A stretch of 64,000 bases of DNA from assembly GCF_009914755.1 (NCBI RefSeq), contig NC_060936.1, one strand, 5' to 3'. Position numbers and translations under genes: made by a program. Positions 1 to 20,309 of this stretch are shown one piece after another. Every line of letters starts with the position of its first letter. Position 1 is the stretch's first letter. Source of the DNA: the human T2T-CHM13v2.0 reference genome, Homo sapiens. The notes beneath the pieces were generated by a model. That model did not search any database. It was not told the DNA's origin and worked only from the letters and a program-made list of their open reading frames with translations.

Positions 1-124
1 TGAGGCTTTTATAAAGATATTCTCCTGAGTCTTCTTAATAGCTTTAAAGTTTTAAAGTATTTCAGAAGTGGGTCTTTGGTATATCTGGAATTAATTTTAT
101 ATATAGTATAAGATAGGAATCTAG

Positions 125-505
<381 letters not shown>

Positions 506-608
506 TGAACTCAAACAATCCTTCCATCTCAGCCTCCCAAAGTGCTGAGATTACAGATGTGAGCCACCACACCATGATTGCATTCCTGGATATCACTGTT
601 TAATTTAA

Positions 609-788
<180 letters not shown>

Positions 789-2881
789 TAATTTTTGTAT
801 TTTTAGTAGAGACGGGGTTTTGCCATGTTTGCCAAGCTGCTCTCGAACTCCTGACCTCAGGTGATCCACCCACCTCGGCCTCCCAAAGTGCTGGGATTAC
901 AGGTGTGAGCCACCTTGCCTGGCCAGATATCACTGTTTTAATTATCATCATTTTATAATATCCTTATTTATTTCTGCTAGTTCTTTGTCCTTGACCCTAT
1001 TTTTCAGGATTGTGTTGGCTCTTCTTAGATCATTACATTTTCAAACAATTTTAGAATATTTGTCTAGTTCCAACAAACAGCCAAACAAAATCTATAATGG
1101 AATTAATGGAATTCTGTTCAATTTATTGGTTAAATTGGGGACAGCTGGTTGTTTTAGCCTACATTATTCATTATTATGGTAACTATTATGTATTTCATTG
1201 TTAATTCAATTCATTTTTACTACTTTAAAATAATTTTGGTTGCTTTTTCTTCTTGGTGTCTTACTGATTTTTTTAATGTTTTAATGTCTACAGATAATCA
1301 CTATTTTGATTATTCCTTATACCTCCCATTTCTTATTTCTATTGCTTTTGCTGGGGGTCTCAGATATAGTAGTAAAAACACAAATATTTTATTATAAGTA
1401 ATGTTTTTCTCTGCCATTTTAGTTTTTCTTTATGCTTCTTTTGATGAGCCATCACATAGCAACATAAGTTGCAAGAAAATTCACATTAACTTTTATACCA
1501 TTTATTAAAATCAAATGACCTAACACCTGGAAAGACAGGTGCAGAAGCAAGGAATGCTATACTCCAATCCTGGTGGTGCTTTCTGCCACCAGCTGTTGTA
1601 TCTTGAGTATGTCAGGCCAACCTGTAAGGTTCTGGTTTGTTTCTTTGTAGTGTCCATGCTCTTCATTTCTAAAGTTCTGTGATTTAGAAGTGATGACGTT
1701 GGAGGAAAGGGACATTAAGTGGATAATGTTTATCCACTCATTTCCTAATTTATTGATGATTTCATTAAGAGGCAGTGCTTCATTCTGTTTCAATTGTGAT
1801 TTCTGTGCCTGAAAATAACTGGTATCAGTTCCTTTCAGCCTAAGGAACTTCCATTGGTGTTTGTTACAGTACCAACCAGCAACGAATTCTCTTAGTTTTT
1901 CCTTAACTAAAAATGTCTGGTATTTCACACTCTTTTTTGAGACAGTGTCTTGCTTTATCACCCAGGCTGGAGTGCAGTGGTACAATCTCAATTCATTGCA
2001 GCCTCCTCTTGCCTCGCACCCACCCCCGGCCCGAGTTAGCTGCAACTACAGGTGCATGCCACCATGCTCAGCTAATTTTTCTACTTTTTTTGTGGTAGAG
2101 ACGGAGTTTTGCTGTGTCATCCAGGTTGGTCTCTTAACTCCTGAGGGCAAGCGATCCCCCCACTAAGGCCTCCCAAAGTGTTGGGACTATAGACGTGAGC
2201 CACTGCGCCCAGCATTTGTGATGAGTATTTTCCATGGATACAGAATGCAGGGATGACAGCTAAAATTATTTTCCATTCTTTTAAGATACCATTCTGGACT
2301 CTTGTTTCTGATGAGATGTTCACCATCATTCACATGGTTCTTCCCCTGTATATGATGTGTCCTTTTTCTTTGCCTGCTGTCAAGATGTTTTATTTTTGGT
2401 TTCCAGTAGGTTGGCTATGGTGTGTCTAGTATGCTTTTACTTATTATACTTGGGAAATACTAAACTTCTTGGCTCTGTATGTTGATATTCTTTACTGCAT
2501 TTGGGGAATTTCCAAATACTTGCCAAAAATTTTTTCTGCCCTCTCTTCTCCTTTCTTTTTTTGGTACTCCAATTTCATATGTTGGACTGATTGATGTCAC
2601 TGAGATTCTGTTCATTTTTCTTCAACCTATTTTTGTTGTTGTTGTTGTTCTCCAGATTGGATCATTTCTGTGGATTTGGGTTCATCTTCAAGTTCACTGA
2701 ACTTTTCTTTTGCTGTCCCCAATGTGATAGGACTGTCCAGTGAATATTTTAGATGCTGTATTCTAGAGTTTCCATTTTTCAAAATATTTCTTCTCTCTCT
2801 GCTGTGATTTCCCCTTAATTTCAATTTATTAGAAACATAAATGTTATCCATGAATATATGTACTTGTAAGAGCTGTATTAA

Positions 2882-3253
<372 letters not shown>

Positions 3254-3338
3254 TGATCTGCCCACCTCAGCCTCCCAAAGTGCTGGGATTACAGGTGTGA
3301 GCCACCGCGCCTGACCAATTGCTGTTTTCTTGACTAGT

Positions 3339-3340
<2 letters not shown>

Positions 3341-3404
<64 letters not shown>

Positions 3405-3447
3405 CCCCCCTCCCCCTCCCCCTTCCCCTCCCCCTCCCCCTCCCCCT

Positions 3448-3517
<70 letters not shown>

Positions 3518-3530
3518 TTTTTTTTTTTTT
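3341..3530. repeat. Compound microsatellite (TC)n-(CCCCCT)n-(TC)n-(TA)n-Tn at an Alu tail
   Basis: 157 nt of pure pyrimidine at 3341-3497, then a TA repeat and T run joined to a minus-strand Alu. Confidence 0.92.
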
Positions 3531-4185
3531 ATAGACGGAGTCTCGCTCTGTTATCCAGGCTGGAGTGCAGTGGCATGATCTTGGCTCACCAAAACCTCTG
3601 CCTCCTGGGTTTCAAGCGATTCTCCTGCCTCAGCCTCCCGAGTAGCTGGTACTACAGACGCATGCCACCATGCTTGGCTAATTTTTGTAGTTTTAGTAGA
3701 GACAGGGTTTCACTATGTTGGCCAGGCTGGTCTCGAATTCCTGACCTTGTGATCCGCCCGCCTCAGCCCCCCAAAGTACTGGGATTGGAGGCGTGAGCCA
3801 CCACACCCGGCCTAGTGGACTGTATTTTTAAAATAATGCTGTTTACTTGATTTTAGTTCCTTAGGGGACATTTTAACATTAAAGTGTACTATAATGTATG
3901 ACATTACTTAGGTAAAAGCAATAGCCATAGTTATTTTTTAGGTCTTGTTAAAATCAGTTTGTCAAGGTTGGCCATAATTGATTTCTTATTGTTTGACTGA
4001 TTGCAATTTTAGGAGTGGAGGAGGGTTCCTGGCCTATGGCTGTAAGGATCATAAAATGTATCTTTCATACATTCATTGCAGTGGTAATTTTATGCTTTCA
4101 CATGTGTTATTTCATTTGATATTCCCAGCAACTTGGTGTGCCTTTGGTTTCTAATCTAACCTTCTTATATCTTCATATTATGTAG

Positions 4186-4386
4186 CTTGAGCATCCCAAA
4201 TCCTAAATTTGAATTGCTCCAAAATCGAAAAGTTTTTGAGTACTAACATGCTGCTCAGTGGAAATGCTCATTAGAGCCTTTTGGATTTTCGGATTTGGGA
4301 TACTCAACTGGAAAATACAATGCAAATATTCCTAAATACAAAAAAAGCTGGTACCAAGCGTTTTGGGTAAGGCATACTCAGCCTGT
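4186..4386. mobile_element. Tigger4/MER46-type DNA transposon (TcMar-Tigger MITE)
   Basis: Degenerate terminal inverted repeats (ttgagcatccc / gcatactcagcctg) and internal ggattttcggatttgggatactcaac; family recognised from memory. Confidence 0.65.
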
Positions 4387-4399
4387 GGTTTTATTAAAA

Positions 4400-4530
4400 G
4401 GGTCAGCAAACATTTTCTTTGAAGAGCCAAACAGTAAATATTATAGATGTTGATGGCCATGTAATTCCTGTTGCAGCAACTTGCAGGGCAAAAGCAGCCA
4501 CAAGCAGTGCATAAAATGGTCTGCTTTATA
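4400..4530. mobile_element. MER58-like hAT-Charlie fragment
   Basis: ggtcagcaaac...aacagtaaatatt...ggccat signature. Confidence 0.55.
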
Positions 4531-6983
4531 AATTTACCAAGTGTTAGAGCATTTTTTTCCTTTTTAAAAGTAATATAGGAATTTGAAGCATATAAATTGA
4601 TAAAATGGTATAATTAGTTACTGTTTACCCATTATCCAATTTTTTCCCCCAGTTTTATTTATTTTATTTTATTTTTTAAAGAGACAGGGTCTCACTTTGT
4701 TGCGCAGGCTGGAGTACAGTGTGCGTGATCATAGCACACTGCCACCTTGAACTCCTGGGCTCAAGGGATCCTTCTGCCTTCAGAGTAGCTAATTATTTTG
4801 TTTGTTTGTTTGTTTTTGTGGAGACAGGGTCTTGCTGTCTTCCCAGGCTGGTCTCAAACTCCTGACTCAAGTGATCTTCCCACGTTGGTCTCCCAAAGTG
4901 TTGTGATTACAGGTGTCAGGCACTGGGCCCAGCTCCGCACCACTCCCCCCCCATTTTTTTCTATTTTTTTTGAGACGGAGTCTTGCCGTGTTGCCCAGGC
5001 TGGACTGCAGTGATGCAATCTCAGCACATGGCAACCTCTGCCTCCCAGGTTCAAGGAGTTCTCTGCCTCAGCCTCCCGAGTAGCTGGGATTACAGGCACC
5101 TGCCACCACGCCCAGCTAATTTTTGTATTTTTAGTAGAGATGGGGTTTCACCATCTTGGACAGGTTGGTCTTGAATTCCTGACCTTGTGATCCATGCGCC
5201 TCGGCCTTCCAAAGTGCTGGGATTACAGGAGTGAGCCACCAGGTCTGGCCCCAGCCCCCAGTTTTAAAATTTTGGCAAAATGGACATACAATATACCATC
5301 TTAATTGTTCTTATTTTTGTTTGTTTTATCTTTTTCCCCCCATCTTAACTGTTTTTAAGTGTACAGTTTAGTGCTATTAAATACATTCACAATGATTTGC
5401 AGCCATCACTGCCATCTATCTCCAGAACTCTTTTTATAAGACTGAAACTCTATAAATGTTACCCAATTTTAACAGTTAGTAGAAAATGGCCATTGTTTCC
5501 TCTATATTCCCACTCATTTCTCTCCACAACCCCAGTCATCTTGAAGCAAATTTCAACCTTAATTTCAGATTTCATCCATAAATAAATTAAGATTTGTATC
5601 TCTATCAAGAGGGATTCTTTCCCTTTTTTTGAGACTGCGTCTTGCTCTTATGCCCAGGCTGGAGTGAAGTGTGGTCTTGGCTCACTGCAACCTCTGCCCC
5701 ACTGGGTTCAAGCAATTTTCCTGCTTCAGCCTCCTGAGTAGCTGGGATTACAGGCACCCACCACCACGCCTGGCTAATTTTTGTATTTTTAGTAGAGACA
5801 GGGTTTCACCATGTTGGCCAGGCTGGTCTCAAACTCCTGACCTCAGTTGATCTGCCTGCCTTGGCCTCACAAAGTTCTGGGATTGCAGGCGTGAGCCACT
5901 GCACCCAGCCGAGATTCTTTCTTAATACATGACGACAATATCATCATTAGACTTTTAAAAATGAACAATGTCTTGAACATTATCAAGTACCTAGTCACTT
6001 TTCATATTTTCCTGATTCCCCTTCTTTCTCGTTTTTTCCTCTTTAAAAATCTGGTCTGGACACTGTGGCTCGTTCCTGTAATTCCAGCACTTTGGCAGGC
6101 AGATCATATGAGGCCAGGAGTTCCAGACCAGCATGGCCAACATGGTGAAACCCTGTCTCTACTAAAAATACAAAAATATTTAGCCAGGCTTTGTGGCTTA
6201 TGCCTGTAGTCCCAGCTACTCGGGAGGCTGAGGCCCGAGAATCATTTGATCCTTGGAGGAGGAGGTTGCAGTGAGCCGAGATCACACCACTGCACCCCCA
6301 ACATTGGCGGCAGAGCAAGACTGTGTCCAAAAAGAAAGTAAAATAAAAAATAAAAATCTGTAGTTTTTTCCTATAACTTTGTATTTTTTTCTTTTGGAAG
6401 TTTATGGGTAAGATAATCATTATCTGTCTTGCAGTGTTTCTTGGAATATAGATTTTGCTGCCTTTATTCTTGAGTGCAGTTTAACATGATTCTCTGTCCT
6501 TTCTCTCCTGTTTTTCATGCAAATTGGTCGCTAGATCTTTTTTTCTTTTTCTGTTTTTTAAAGACATGGCTATCATGGAAAGTAGCTAGATACTGATCTG
6601 TCTCCCATATTTCATGCATTTTGGTAGCAAGAGGCATGATGCCTTGCTACCTTGGTAGCAAGGGTTTGATTTTTGGGGCAATAGAGAGGATACAAAAGCT
6701 AGCTGCTATGCTCATTGGTCTGTTAATTCATTAGAGATTGCTAAAATTGTGGTATTTCTCTATCTATTTTTCATTTATTAGAAACTCTTACTCATCTTCA
6801 TTACCCTGAGTTACAGGTTCTATGTGAAATCCATGTTACATGCTTGACTCTGGCTTTTATTACCAGTTTTTAAAAGTGTTGATTTTTTAGCCAATTTTTA
6901 TCTGTTTTCGGTTTTGAATATTTAAACATATTTGGGGTGTTTACTGTTCGTGTTGATATTGGCCTCTTTGAATTGACTCCTGA

Positions 6984-7238
<255 letters not shown>

Positions 7239-8109
7239 TGATCTGACCTCGTGATCCGCCCGCCTCAGCCTCCCAAAGTGCTGGGATTACAGGCGTGAGC
7301 CACCCTGCCTGGCCAGCCGTAGCAATCTTTACTGGTTACCTTGCTGTGCAGTTTGTCAAGATGTTCCAGGCTCTTACACATTTCATGCCAAAGGACTGGA
7401 GTCAACCAGTTCTTTTAAATCCTTAGGCTACTTTATGGGGAAATGGTATTTTGTGGACCACTGCCTAGACACAAGTAGTATTTGTGTCTACTGGTTTTGT
7501 CATTGTTTCTAAGCTTTTTTAGACAGAGCTGTTTAGTTTTTATGTTTTAAGACAAAAATATAGGTTTGTACTGATGCTTACAATTTAAATTCAGGCTGTA
7601 TGGTTTTCCTTTCTTCTGCCTCATGTCTGTTTCTCCTTTTTCCCATATGAAAATCTCGGAAAAAAATCCGCCTCCTGGGTTCAAGCAATTCTCCTGCTTC
7701 AACCTCCCGAGTAGCTGGGATTACAGGTGTGCACCACCATGCCTGGCTAATTTTTTGTATTTTTTTAGTAGAGATGGGATTTCACTATGTTGGCCAGGTT
7801 GGTCTTGACTCCTGACCTCAGGTGATCCACCTGTCTTGGCCTCCCAAAGTGCTAGGATTACAGGCATGAGCCATTGTGCCTGGCTGCCTTGTCTCCTGTT
7901 AATTTTTTTTTGACTTAATAGTGTATTCTGGAAGTCACTTCATAATGGTGTTTAGAGCATTTTTTCAGTTCTTTTTTACGTTTATGATACTCAGTTGTTT
8001 GGATGTACACGTTGTGTTCAACTGGTGATGGACTGTTGGGTTGCTTCTGGGGCCCATAGGTTTCCTCACCTTTTACAATTAGTGTTAGTGAATAGTCACG
8101 TGGGTATAT

Positions 8110-9800
<1,691 letters not shown>

Positions 9801-10544
9801 ATGAGTGAGTTTAGCATCTGTTTCATATGTTTAAGAGCCGTTTGCCTTTTTTTGTTCTGTGAACGCTGTTCATAGCATTGTTGGGCCTTTTCATGTCTGT
9901 TTTTACAATTCGTGTATTAGAGATACTAGTACCCTTGCCTGTGATGAGCTACAATTTACTGTTTTGACTTAGTTTTTTGGGAGGTTTTTACTCTGCTTGT
10001 TGTTGTTGTTTAGAGACAGGGTCTCGCTCTGTTGCCCAGGCTGGAGTGTGGTAGTGCGATCATAGCTCACAGCAGCCTCCAGCTCCTTGGCTCAAGCAGT
10101 CCTCCCCACTCTGCCTCCCAAGCAGCTAGGACTACAGGTTGCATGCCACCATGCCTAGCTTTTTTTTTTTTTTTTTCCTTGTAAGGGATGGGTCTCACTG
10201 TGGTACCCAGGGTGGCCTCGAACTCCTGGGCTCATGCGATCCTACCCCCTTGACCTCTGAAAGTGCTCAGGTTACAGGTGTGAGCCAGCACACCTGGTTA
10301 TTTTGACGTGTGTTTGTGTGTGGCGGGGGGGGTTTTACCTTGTTTACTATGGTTTTTATACCATGAAAACGTTTTTATTATTTATTAATTAATTAAAGCT
10401 GTCATTTTCTTTTCTTTTGCTCTACTGATTCTACTGTAGGCAGAAATAGTATAGTCATGTAAAATATATGTTAAAATGTAAATTAAATGTATTTTTTAAA
10501 ATATACACTTAATTCTTTGTTGCTATAATGTGTTCCTCTTCTAG

Positions 10545-10757
10545 GCAAGGATAAAAGCCATCAATACATTTTTTGCTAAGAATGGTTATCGATTAATGGA
10601 TTCTAGTATCTATAGTCACCCCATTCAAACTCAAGCACAGTATGCCTCCCCAGTCTTTATGCAGCCTGTATATAATCCTCACCAACAGTACTCGGTCTAT
10701 AGTATTGTGCCTCAGTCTTGGTCTCCAAATCCTACACCTTACTTTGAAACACCACTG
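10545..10757 (+). CDS. LARP4: LARP4 internal coding exon (end of RRM, start of PABP-interaction region), 213 nt, phase 0-0
   Basis: Acceptor ttcctcttctag|GCA and donor CTG|gtaagt; translates ARIKAINTFFAKNGYRLMDSSIYSHPIQ...TPYFETPL, recognised as LARP4. Confidence 0.95.
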
Positions 10758-11398
10758 GTAAGTGAGATCCTTACAATAAAATATAATAATATTTTTAATT
10801 TGAGCTGAAATTTGAAGAAATCAGTTGGAGTGGGAGCTCATTTATGTTGACATTGATGACTTTTTGGCCTTTATTTTATTTTATTTTTTGTATTTTTCGT
10901 AGAGATGGAATTTTGCCATGTTGCCCAGGCTGGTCTCGAACTCCTGTGCTCAGGCAGTCCACCCGCCTCAGCCTCCCAAAATGCTAGGATTACAAGCCAC
11001 TATGCCCGGCCACTTTTTGGCTTTTAAACAGTGATATGGATATCTAATTCTCCATACCAAATAAATGCATATGACTAAGAGGTGAGCTATTAGAGCGCAT
11101 AATTTTATTCCGTAAAATTTGCTGAGTGAATTGAAAGAAGAGACTGGATAACTTTTGCGTGATTTTAAATGCATTTTAGTGTTGCGAAATGTCAGACCAG
11201 ACATTCTTTACTAAGTTATGAATTGTTCATAAATCCAGTGGTACTTGAAGTGAATATTGCAGAAATGAATCAGTAAAATATTTTAAGATATTTTTGGCTT
11301 GTAAAAGATAAATTCATAAGCTCATTAAGGTTCTTGTGACCCTCACACCAGATTTTACCTTTGCCATTAATATTGTTTAAACATACATTTTTTTCTAG

Positions 11399-11502
11399 GC
11401 TCCCTTTCCCAATGGTAGTTTTGTGAATGGCTTTAATTCGCCAGGATCTTATAAAACAAATGCTGCTGCTATGAATATGGGTCGACCATTCCAAAAAAAT
11501 CG
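11399..11502 (+). CDS. LARP4: LARP4 coding exon, 104 nt, phase 0-2
   Basis: ttttttctag|GCT ... CG|gtaaga; APFPNGSFVNGFNSPGSYKTNAAAMNMGRPFQKN(R); continues the frame of the previous exon. Confidence 0.95.
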
Positions 11503-11949
11503 GTAAGATAAAAACCATAGCTGTAATGTATTTTAAACAATTCCTAATGGATCTTAAGGCATTAATAGCAATGTTTGTTGTCAGGCTCAGTAATAAGGTT
11601 TGGTGGATTTTTTGTTTGTTTTGTTTTTACTAAGTGTATATGAACAGTTTAATCTAGAATTCGTAAAAACACTTTGACCTTTGAGTTGGTAATGCATGTA
11701 ACAGACTTGGGATTCAGATTTTTTTTAATAATAAAAGAGAATAGAAAAAATATTTCATGACACCAGTCTCTGACAAATCTGGTGACTAATTTCCATTTAG
11801 TATGTTAAATGGGTAGCATTTTAGAGAATGAATTCTTTGAAGATATAAATGTTGTTAACTGAATTGTGTAATAAATGTTGGGATGTATGTTATTCAGGTT
11901 TTTAAAGGATTTTTGAAATGACACCCAAGAACTACAGTGCACAACAGAC

Positions 11950-12180
11950 AGTAGCTAACATTTATTGCACATTTAATATCACAAACTCTGTTCCTAAGGG
12001 CTTTACATATTTTATCAGTTACTTTTTTCAGAACCCTTTATAGGTGCACTTATGTCTACTTTACAGATAAGGAATCTGAGATGTAAAATATCATGTCTGA
12101 GAACACACAGCTAGTAATTGGTAGAGCTAAGATTTGAACCTAGGCAGTTCAACTCCAAAGCCCGCACTTAAAGCACTATG
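11950..12180. mobile_element. MIR SINE
   Basis: Core ttacagataaggaatctgag...cacacagctagtaa...gatttgaacctaggcagt. Confidence 0.7.
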
Positions 12181-12881
12181 TTCAGGATAAATTATTAAGA
12201 ATCATAGAAACTATATGCTATCATAAAGATTGAGATGTATGTCTGAGGTATTTTTCTTTATGTAGACATCAACAGATAATCTCAATATTTGGTGTATGTT
12301 ATGGCTTGTTGTTGTTGTTGTTGTGGGGGTAGAGACAGGGTCTGCTTATGTTGCCTGGGACGACTGGTCTTGAACTCCTGGGCTCAAAGCAGTCCTCCCA
12401 CCTTGGCCTCCCAAATTGCTAGGATTACAGGCGTGATACTATGGCTTTTAACACAGTATGAGTAACCAAAGAATAAAGGACTGACATATAGTCATTTCGA
12501 TTTATTTAATAGTTTCACATTTATTACTTCTCGTTTGCTGTTTTGTGAGACTCTTGGTTTTTGAGGGTTTTTCCTAATGGTTTATTTTCAGTGACAGTCT
12601 TTTGCCAGATTCGATTCTTCTAATTATTTCTTTTGGAAAGGAGACCATCTGGAGTATGTTTTTCCAAGATGACTTCTAGGAACTTAGTCCTTTTTTGACA
12701 GGTTTTTCTGAAACTTGTTTTACTGGAGAAATGAGCCCCAACAGAATGAAAAAATATTCTTCTCACTGGAAACATTGTGTACTACTCTTTAATAGTCAGA
12801 GTTTTTGGACTATTCTTGACAGACACAATTGGTTAAAGCAATTGAAGATCATTTTCAAGTGTTAGAAAAATTTTACTACTA

Positions 12882-13130
<249 letters not shown>

Positions 13131-13655
13131 TTATTCCCTGCAGCCACGCCCTCTCACCCCTCCCCGCTCCCCCCTCCAAAAAATAAAGGTACTGATATTT
13201 GCAGTTGCTTGACTCTGAAATACTTTACTTGGCTCCATGGTTATTTCTTTATTGTTACCTTTTATCCGTTGCATCTTTTTGGTGACAGCCAGGAATGACA
13301 GTCAAGTTATCTTTACTTATAAGGAAGTATACCTATGGTTTTGAAAATACATGGTGTGTTTAGTACATTTTTGCATGTTACTTAAAACCACTTGTGTACA
13401 GTTCTTTTCCATATATTTGACCAATACAGGTTGGTAATTTTTAATTACAGAAATAATTAGTGAATACTTTTTCTAAAAAATGCAAATAAAGACCTTCTGG
13501 ACCAGCAACCCAAATCCTTGTTTCCTTCTTGCTTCTAAAAAGTGACTACTTCTAAAAAGTGACTACTGCCAGGCATTTATTATTATTATTAATGTTAACA
13601 GCTAAGGACAAAGTCTTTTTTAGAGAGCCTTTTGCAATTTTTATATTAACCTGTG

Positions 13656-13873
13656 ACAGCCCAGTGATGATCACTATTCCTACTTAGAGAGAATAGGACT
13701 AACTTTCAGAAATCCAGGCATTTTTCTACCTTTCATACTATCTTTCTTTCACTTTACTTCTCTTTTCTGTCTTTTATCACTTCTTTCTTTCTTCATTCTT
13801 TCTCTCTTTTGCCTGGATCGAGATTGTTAAGTCCCTCTCAGTGAAGGGTAAGATTATGAGATCTGAGGGCTGT
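13656..13873 (+). ncRNA. SNORD133: Intronic long box C/D guide RNA SNORD133 (SCARNA97), guide for 2'-O-methylation of C34 in elongator tRNA-Met(CAU)
   Basis: Terminal stem ACAGCCC 13656-13662 / GGGCTGT 13867-13873; box C GTGATGA 13664-13670; box D CTGA 13863-13866; guide AGATTATGAGA 13851-13861 is complementary to the tRNA-Met(e) anticodon arm UCUCAUAAUCU, with D+5 (G13858) opposite C34; internal stem ATCCAGGCA/TGCCTGGAT encloses a pyrimidine loop. Confidence 0.92.
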
Positions 13874-14005
13874 ATAAATGTAGTAAGTTGTCCCTTAAGC
13901 ATATTGAAATGTAGTGTGAAAGTTGGATGAAGGACATTTTCTAAACATATGCAAATACCATATCTATCATATCAGTTCATTTTCAAGATGTAACAGGTAA
14001 TATAA

Positions 14006-19573
<5,568 letters not shown>

Positions 19574-19665
19574 ATGTGTACGGCTTTGATAGAATGTATA
19601 TATCTGAAGAAACTTATGACTTGTCCCTCCACCCCACCCCACCCCCACCTTTTTCTTATTAAAAG

Positions 19666-19714
19666 GAGAACTCTCTTCAGAGGTCGAAGACGACGAGAAG
19701 ATGACAGGATCTCA
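19666..19714 (+). CDS. LARP4: LARP4 coding exon, 49 nt, phase 2-0 (Arg-rich)
   Basis: ttcttattaaaag|G AGA ... TCA|gtaagt; RTLFRGRRRREDDRIS. Confidence 0.93.
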
Positions 19715-20309
19715 GTAAGTTTTTTAAAACTTTTATTCAGACTTTTTTCTCTTCTGTGATTTACTATGGCATTGACTTTCGGTCTTTCCTTTCTGGGTTT
19801 TTGTTTTATTGATTGTAGTCTTCAGCAAAGGTAAATAGAGCCTAAATTTAACCCTGAAATTTTTACCACCACCACCCATATACCCACCCTCTAGCACACA
19901 TGTAGTAAGGAGCGTCGCTTGTGTTGCTTGCTTAAAAAAATTATTTGAAGATCTAATGTATTCACATGATTTTTAAATAAAAACACGAAGTCTTTCTAAC
20001 TTTCCTTACCTTTTCTTTCTTCTTTCTTTTCCAAGACACAGGATATTACTGTTTCCCAGGGCACTGGAATTACAGGCCTGAGCCACTGTGCTTGGTACAA
20101 GATTAAGGACTTCTAGGGAGAGGCAGAGGAGGAACGGGTCTTGCTCTGTCACCCAGGCTGAAGTGCAGTGGTACAATCATGGCTCACTGCAGCCTTCACA
20201 TCCCAGGCTTAAGTGATCCTCCTCTCGAGTCGGGGTCTTGCGGGCCAGGCACCGTGGCTCGTGCCTGTCATCTCAGCTCTTTGGGAGGCTTAGTCAGTGG
20301 ATCACTTGA

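Noticed and set aside
1689-1800. GTGATGA resembling a snoRNA box C
   Set aside because: No terminal stem or suitably paired box D found; it lies at the edge of a MIR-like remnant
1557-2045. 162-aa minus-strand ORF
   Set aside because: It is a chimera of Alu, L1 and MIR-like fragments, with no splice context or recognisable domain
3330-3578. ORFs with SLSLSL and poly-Pro runs
   Set aside because: Artefacts of translating the (TC)n/C-rich microsatellite
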